From Candidatus Entotheonellaceae bacterium (GTDB taxonomy: Bacteria; Tectomicrobia; Entotheonellia; Entotheonellales; Entotheonellaceae), in NCBI GenBank assembly GCA_965238075.1, contig OZ250173.1:1984001-2048000 (forward strand): DNA of 64,000 nt, read 5' to 3'. The notes under the pieces are model-generated. The model worked only from the letters and a program-made list of their open reading frames with translations, had not been told where the DNA came from and did not search any database. The position numbers and the translations under genes are program-made. Positions 59,400 through 64,000 of this stretch are shown in pieces (positions within the stretch are counted from its first letter, which is position 1; each line of letters starts with the position of its first letter).

Positions 59400-60395
59400 A
59401 TGGCCAGGCGAATCGCCGGACGCGCAGCAGCAGCGGTTGTGCCAGCGATGTTGATCGCGCTTGGTGTCGTTGCGTTCGTGGCGACCGGCGGCGCGACACG
59501 TTTGTCGCTGCTAGGCGCGCGGCCCTTTCATGCCACGCAGGTTGTCGGTCAGGACTTCCCCAAGCGGCTGATTGACCCGTCCGGAACGCCGCAGATGCTT
59601 GCCGGGCCGCCGCGCCGCATCCTGTCAGCGGTGCTGGCCAGCGATGAGATCCTCACCGCCCTGGTGCCGCCCGAGCGTCTGGCTGGGGTGACGTATCTGG
59701 TCGACGAGCCGGGCGTGTCCGACGTCGCTAAGCTGTTGCCGCCGGGTTTGCCGCGCATCCATGCCGAGGCTGAAACGATACTGGCCCTGCGGCCCGACCT
59801 GGTGGTGCTGGCCAGTTACACGCGGGCCACCGCGGTGCGCCTGCTGGTGGCGGCGGGCGTTCCGGTGATGCGCTTTCAATGGTACCGCTCGTTTGTCGAC
59901 ATTATGAACTCAATCCGCATGCTGGCTGCCGCGGTGGGGGCGGACGACAACGGCGCGCGGCTCGTCGACGACATGCGGCAGCGCATCGCCGAGGTGGAAG
60001 GACGGACGCAGGGCTTGGCGCGGCCGCGCGTGCTGTATTACGGCGGCGGCGGCTACTCGGCCGGTGAGGACACCCTCATCGACGCCATGATCACCCTGTC
60101 CGGCGGGCACAACGTGGCGCGGGACGTGGGTCTTCAGGGCCAGGGGCGGTTGCCCCTGGAGATTGTCGTCAGCCTGCAGCCGGAGGTGATCCTGGTTTCG
60201 GAGCGGGAGCCGGGGGCGGGTGGCGACCGCGCCGCGGCGTTTCTGCACCACCCGGTCTGGGCTGACGTGCCGGCCGTCCAGGACGGGCGCGTCCATGGCA
60301 TCAAGGGCGCTTGGCTCAGTTCGGTATCCCACTATTCGGTAAAGGCGCTCGAAGCCATCGCGCGGGTGCTGCATCCCGAGGCGTTTTCTCTGTGA
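59400..60395 (+). CDS. Cobalamin/iron-chelate ABC substrate-binding protein (BtuF-like)
   Basis: PRRILS, ETILALRPDLV, PAVQDGRV. Confidence 0.85.
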   Translation: MARRIAGRAAAAVVPAMLIALGVVAFVATGGATRLSLLGARPFHATQVVGQDFPKRLIDPSGTPQMLAGPPRRILSAVLASDEILTALVPPERLAGVTYLVDEPGVSDVAKLLPPGLPRIHAEAETILALRPDLVVLASYTRATAVRLLVAAGVPVMRFQWYRSFVDIMNSIRMLAAAVGADDNGARLVDDMRQRIAEVEGRTQGLARPRVLYYGGGGYSAGEDTLIDAMITLSGGHNVARDVGLQGQGRLPLEIVVSLQPEVILVSEREPGAGGDRAAAFLHHPVWADVPAVQDGRVHGIKGAWLSSVSHYSVKALEAIARVLHPEAFSL

Positions 60396-61426
60396 GAAGA
60401 CGGCAGCGAGTCCTGGCGTGCACGCTTGCCGGGCTGGGGCTTGTCGCCGCCGTGGCGGCGGGAACGACGTACGGCGCGGTGTCGATTCCCTGGCGTCACC
60501 TTGTCGGCATCCTGGCGCACGCCGCCGGGGTGCCGGTGACGTCGGACTGGCCGATGTGGGAGACCACCGTGCTGCTGCACCTTCGCCTGCCGCGCGTGCT
60601 GGTGGGCCTGTGCGTGGGTGGCGGCCTGGCCCTGTGTGGCGCCGCCTTGCAAGCCCTGTTCCGCAACCCCCTGGCGGATCCCGGGGTGTTGGGGGTGTCG
60701 TCCGGGGCCGCCTTGGGCGCGGTCATCGCCCTTTATCTCGGCCTGGCCGCCCACTCCGTCTGGCCCCTGCCCATCCTGGCGTGCAGCTCGGCCGGCCTCA
60801 CCGCCTTCGTCGTCTACGGCATCGCTACCCGGCGCGGTCAAACCCCGATTGGCACCCTGTTGCTGGCGGGCGTCGCGGTCGGCAGTCTGAACGTCGCCTT
60901 GACGTCGTTTGTGCTGTCGCTGTCCCTGGCCAACTACGACATCGGCCGCCAACTCATCCTGTGGCTGCTGGGCGGCCTGGACGGGCGTACCTGGGAGCAC
61001 GTCAAGCTCGTGGCCCCCGTCACCCTGCTCGCCGCTGGCGTGATCATCGCCTATGCCCGCGACTTGGACGTGCTCTTGCTGGGCGACGTGCACGCCGCCT
61101 CAGTTGGCGTGGACGTGGTGCAGGTGCGCCGGGTGCTGATTATCGCCACCTCACTGGTCACCGGCGTTGCGGTTGCCGTTTCCGGCGTCATCGGCTTTGT
61201 CGGTCTGATCATTCCCCACATCCTACGCCGCCTGATCGGGCCGCACCATCAATGGCTGCTGCCCCTCGCCCTGGTTGTCGGCGCCGCCTTCCTGGTATTC
61301 GCCGATTGCCTGGCGCGCGCCCTGATTGCCCCCGAAGAACTGCGGCTCGGCGTTCTCACCGCCCTCATCGGTGCGCCGTTCTTTCTCTTCCTGCTGCTGC
61401 GGCACCGCCGCGAAGGTCTGCTGTAA
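60392..61426 (+). CDS. FecCD/BtuC-family permease
   Basis: LRLPRV, LFRNPLADP..LGVSSGA, GVIGFVGLIIPH, GAPFF; GTGA overlap start. Confidence 0.9.
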   Translation: MRRRQRVLACTLAGLGLVAAVAAGTTYGAVSIPWRHLVGILAHAAGVPVTSDWPMWETTVLLHLRLPRVLVGLCVGGGLALCGAALQALFRNPLADPGVLGVSSGAALGAVIALYLGLAAHSVWPLPILACSSAGLTAFVVYGIATRRGQTPIGTLLLAGVAVGSLNVALTSFVLSLSLANYDIGRQLILWLLGGLDGRTWEHVKLVAPVTLLAAGVIIAYARDLDVLLLGDVHAASVGVDVVQVRRVLIIATSLVTGVAVAVSGVIGFVGLIIPHILRRLIGPHHQWLLPLALVVGAAFLVFADCLARALIAPEELRLGVLTALIGAPFFLFLLLRHRREGLL

Positions 61427-62235
61427 TGTCGGCGCTGCTTGAGGTGCGTGACCTGACCTTCGCATACCAGGACCGCGCGGTGCTCTCTAACGTGACCTTT
61501 TCCGTCGGCGCCGGGGAGGTGGTCGGCCTCGTCGGCCCGAACGGCAGCGGCAAGTCGACCCTGTTGCGTCTGGCCCTGGGCCTGCTGACGTCGGATCAGG
61601 GTGAGTTACGCGTCGTCGGCACTCCCATCGCGGCGTTGTCGAGAAAGGCCCTGGCGCGCCACGCGGCGTTTGTACCGCAGGACACAGTGATGGAGATTGC
61701 CTTCTCGGTCCGGGACGTTGTGGCCATGGGGCGGCACCCGCATCTGGGGCGTTTCCAGCCCGAGACGCCGGCGGATGGGGCGGCGATCCAATGGGCGCTC
61801 GAGGCCACGTCAACCCAGGCGCTGGCCGAACGCACCCTGCAGGAACTCTCCGGCGGTGAACGCCAGCGGGTGATTCTGGCGCGAGCGCTGGCCCAGCAAG
61901 CCACCATCCTGCTGCTGGACGAGCCGACGGCAAACCTGGACGTGGCGCACCAGTTGGAAATGCTTATGCTGGTACGCGCCGTGGTTCAGGAAAGGCGGTG
62001 CGCCCTGATTGCAATTCACGACCTCGCCCTGGCGGCGCGCTTCTGCGACCGCATCGTCATGCTGTCGGAGGGGGCCGTGGTGGCACTGGGCACGCCGCGG
62101 GAGGTCATCACCGAGGCTCATTTGGCGCGCTATTTCCGCATCCAGGCCAAGGTACGCTGGGAGCCGGAACTGGGCGGCCTGCTGGTGCTACCGCGCGCGC
62201 CGTTGCCGGAGCGGGGAGTCCCGCAACAGTCGTGA
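61426..62235 (+). CDS. Cobalamin/iron-chelate ABC ATPase (BtuD-like)
   Basis: GPNGSGKST, LSGGERQRV, LLDEPTANLD, HDL; TAATG overlap start at 61426. Confidence 0.92.
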   Translation: MSALLEVRDLTFAYQDRAVLSNVTFSVGAGEVVGLVGPNGSGKSTLLRLALGLLTSDQGELRVVGTPIAALSRKALARHAAFVPQDTVMEIAFSVRDVVAMGRHPHLGRFQPETPADGAAIQWALEATSTQALAERTLQELSGGERQRVILARALAQQATILLLDEPTANLDVAHQLEMLMLVRAVVQERRCALIAIHDLALAARFCDRIVMLSEGAVVALGTPREVITEAHLARYFRIQAKVRWEPELGGLLVLPRAPLPERGVPQQS

Positions 62236-62270
62236 TACAATCCCCCGAATCCTATGGCTGTGGGGGGCCT

Positions 62271-62729
62271 ATGCGGAAGATATGGACCTGGATCAGAGAC
62301 AACGCAGGACCCATCATGGTAACCGTCGCCATCCTCGGCGGATTCGCCGGAATCATGCAATTCAGCGTCGTCAGACCCATCCACCAACGCTTCGACGCCC
62401 AGGACAAGTACATCAACCAGCGCTTTGATGCTCAGGACAAACGCATCGATGACCTCAGAGCGGACATGAACCAGCGCTTCGACGACCAGAATAAGTACTT
62501 CAACCAACGCATCGACGACCAAAACAGGTACATCAACCAACGCTTCGATGCAATAGACCAGCGTTTCGACGCCGTGGACCAGCGCTTTGACGCTCAAGAC
62601 AGGCGCATCGAGGAACTCGCCAAAGATATCTCCGAACTCCGCAAGCTCAGCGACCGCGTCTCCCGAAACGAAACACGAATCGACGCCCTCACGGAGCAGT
62701 TGCAGACCGCCGACGCGCCCTCGCCCTAA
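62271..62729 (+). CDS. Coiled-coil repeat protein with N-terminal membrane anchor
   Basis: IMVTVAILGGFAGIMQF TM, then QRFDAQDKYIN / QRFDAID 11- and 7-residue repeats. Confidence 0.8.
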   Translation: MRKIWTWIRDNAGPIMVTVAILGGFAGIMQFSVVRPIHQRFDAQDKYINQRFDAQDKRIDDLRADMNQRFDDQNKYFNQRIDDQNRYINQRFDAIDQRFDAVDQRFDAQDRRIEELAKDISELRKLSDRVSRNETRIDALTEQLQTADAPSP

Positions 62730-62759
62730 GCTGGACACAAGCCCACCTGACGCCGACCG

Positions 62760-62985
62760 ATCCTGACGGAGTATCTGCGTACGAAGAAGCCCAGGCGATG
62801 GCAGCCTTCTCCGTGCCACCCTGAACGATATCCCACGGGCGCAGAACATGGGTCTGTTGCCGAGTGATATCGGCATGCCCCGCGAGGGGCTTTACAAGGG
62901 CGCTGCCTAAAAACGGCAACCCCATCTTCGCCACGGTCATGCGGACCACACGGGCGTTGGGCATGCAGTTATGGATTCACGGTGT
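62760..62985 (+). pseudogene. Degraded addiction-module antidote (HI1420-like HTH antitoxin) remnant
   Basis: Frameshifted pieces TEYLRT / DGSLLRATLNDIPRAQNM...GMPREGLYK / ALPKNGNPIFATVMRTTRALGMQL. Confidence 0.65.
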
Positions 62986-63203
62986 AGAGATTTTCGTAGG
63001 AGGCGGTATCTGCTCAAGTATGGCGCCATTATCTGGATGACCTGCGACCGTTCCTGGGACCCTTTTGCAAAGACTGGAAAACTGGGAGCGGACTCGGCAC
63101 GGAAGGCAGGGCTGATCCATCAGCGAGGCTAGCGATCCATGGCACTTATGGCGGAACAGCGGCTCCCATTCAAGGCGATTCTGAGCCATCTTAGAGGTAG
63201 TAG

Positions 63204-64000
63204 ATGCCATTTTTCAGCAAAGACATCACCGATCTCTCACGACCGACGATCTCTCAGAGCTTCTCACGGATGGCGCGGTTGAGAACGTGCGCCCGGAGTT
63301 CAAAAGTCAACCTCCCGGTCCGGACGAAACGCTGAAGAAACTCAGCGGGTTTGCAAATACCTTCGGCGGTTATCTCATTGTGGGCGCTTCAGCATCCAGC
63401 TCCGATGCCCGTCTGACGGGCTATCCAGGTGTAGACCCGCAGCGGAATTACCGTCAAACCATCATCCAACGATGTCATGAGGGTATCTGGCCGCCGATTG
63501 AGGTGTTCGTATCCGATGGCATCTCGGCCCCAAGTGACACCAACAAAGCCTGCTACGTCGTCTATGTTTCGGAGAGTTGGGAGGCGCCTCATTTCCTTAC
63601 AAAGCGAAAGGGCGCCTGGATTCGTACTGACGAGTTCAGTCAGCGCTTCGAGACTCGACTTGTAACGTTCGAGGAGATTCAGCATCTTACAAATCGACGC
63701 AGGCTCGCCGTCGAACGTTATGAGCGCCTGTACAGCCGGGCAGTAGGCCGATTTGAATCCTTGGCAGCGCGTGAATACTCGGACCATCAAAGGACAACAG
63801 GTTCAATGGGGGCAACACTGTGTCTCAGCCTTTGTCCCCAGTTCCCAACACGCCCATTGATTGGGGAACACCAACTCTTGGAAATCATACGATCGGAAAG
63901 GATCCCTTGGCGGAACACCACCTTCCCTTTGGGTACGGAAATCATCACTCAACAGGAGAGCGTTCTTGTTCCGCAGCCAACAATGGATTTCTCCTTGGTG
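63204..64000 (+). pseudogene. Schlafen/AlbA_2-domain protein, frameshifted at about 63236, partial (runs off the window)
   Basis: GAGG RBS and ATG 63204 give MPFFSKDITDL; the reading continues in another frame as TTDDLSELLTDGAVENVRPEFK...LSGFANTFGGYLIVG, open to 64000. Not in the ORF track. Confidence 0.75.

Overview
GC-rich, Gram-negative-type bacterial chromosome segment. I saw no rRNA, tRNA, CRISPR array or integrase. Core genes: moeA (partial), pdxST, CIRCE-controlled groESL, a stand-alone CoaC-like flavoprotein, ferredoxin, dtd, two long-chain acyl-CoA ligases, a Liv-type ABC operon, an M16 peptidase, a heterodimeric ABC exporter, a His6-type hisA, xseAB-ispA-tlyA and a cobamide salvage/uptake cluster (cbiZ-cbiB-cobO, cobalamin riboswitch, btuBFCD-like). 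Small accessory inserts sit between the core operons, many of them defence- or TA-like and several decayed. Main observations: (1) a four-gene operon (hypothetical, QueC-like, XRE-HTH/ImmA-IrrE protease, PIN) at 42239-45682, bracketed by a 206-bp duplicated hisA 3' end, a candidate undescribed deazaguanine-linked defence system whose QueC copy here is broken; (2) a probable selenoprotein truncated by the ORF track (9541-10206; DsbA/FrnE-like, CxxU, in-frame UGA followed by a SECIS-like hairpin); (3) a Type IIG/ISP-like R-M gene followed by a Panacea/SocA-like and DUF2335 pair; (4) several genes or remnants absent from the ORF track (moeA, nonsense-mutated hicA, IS5 remnant, MITE, antitoxin remnant, frameshifted Schlafen/AlbA_2 gene). 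Family calls come from motif recognition by eye, not from database searches.
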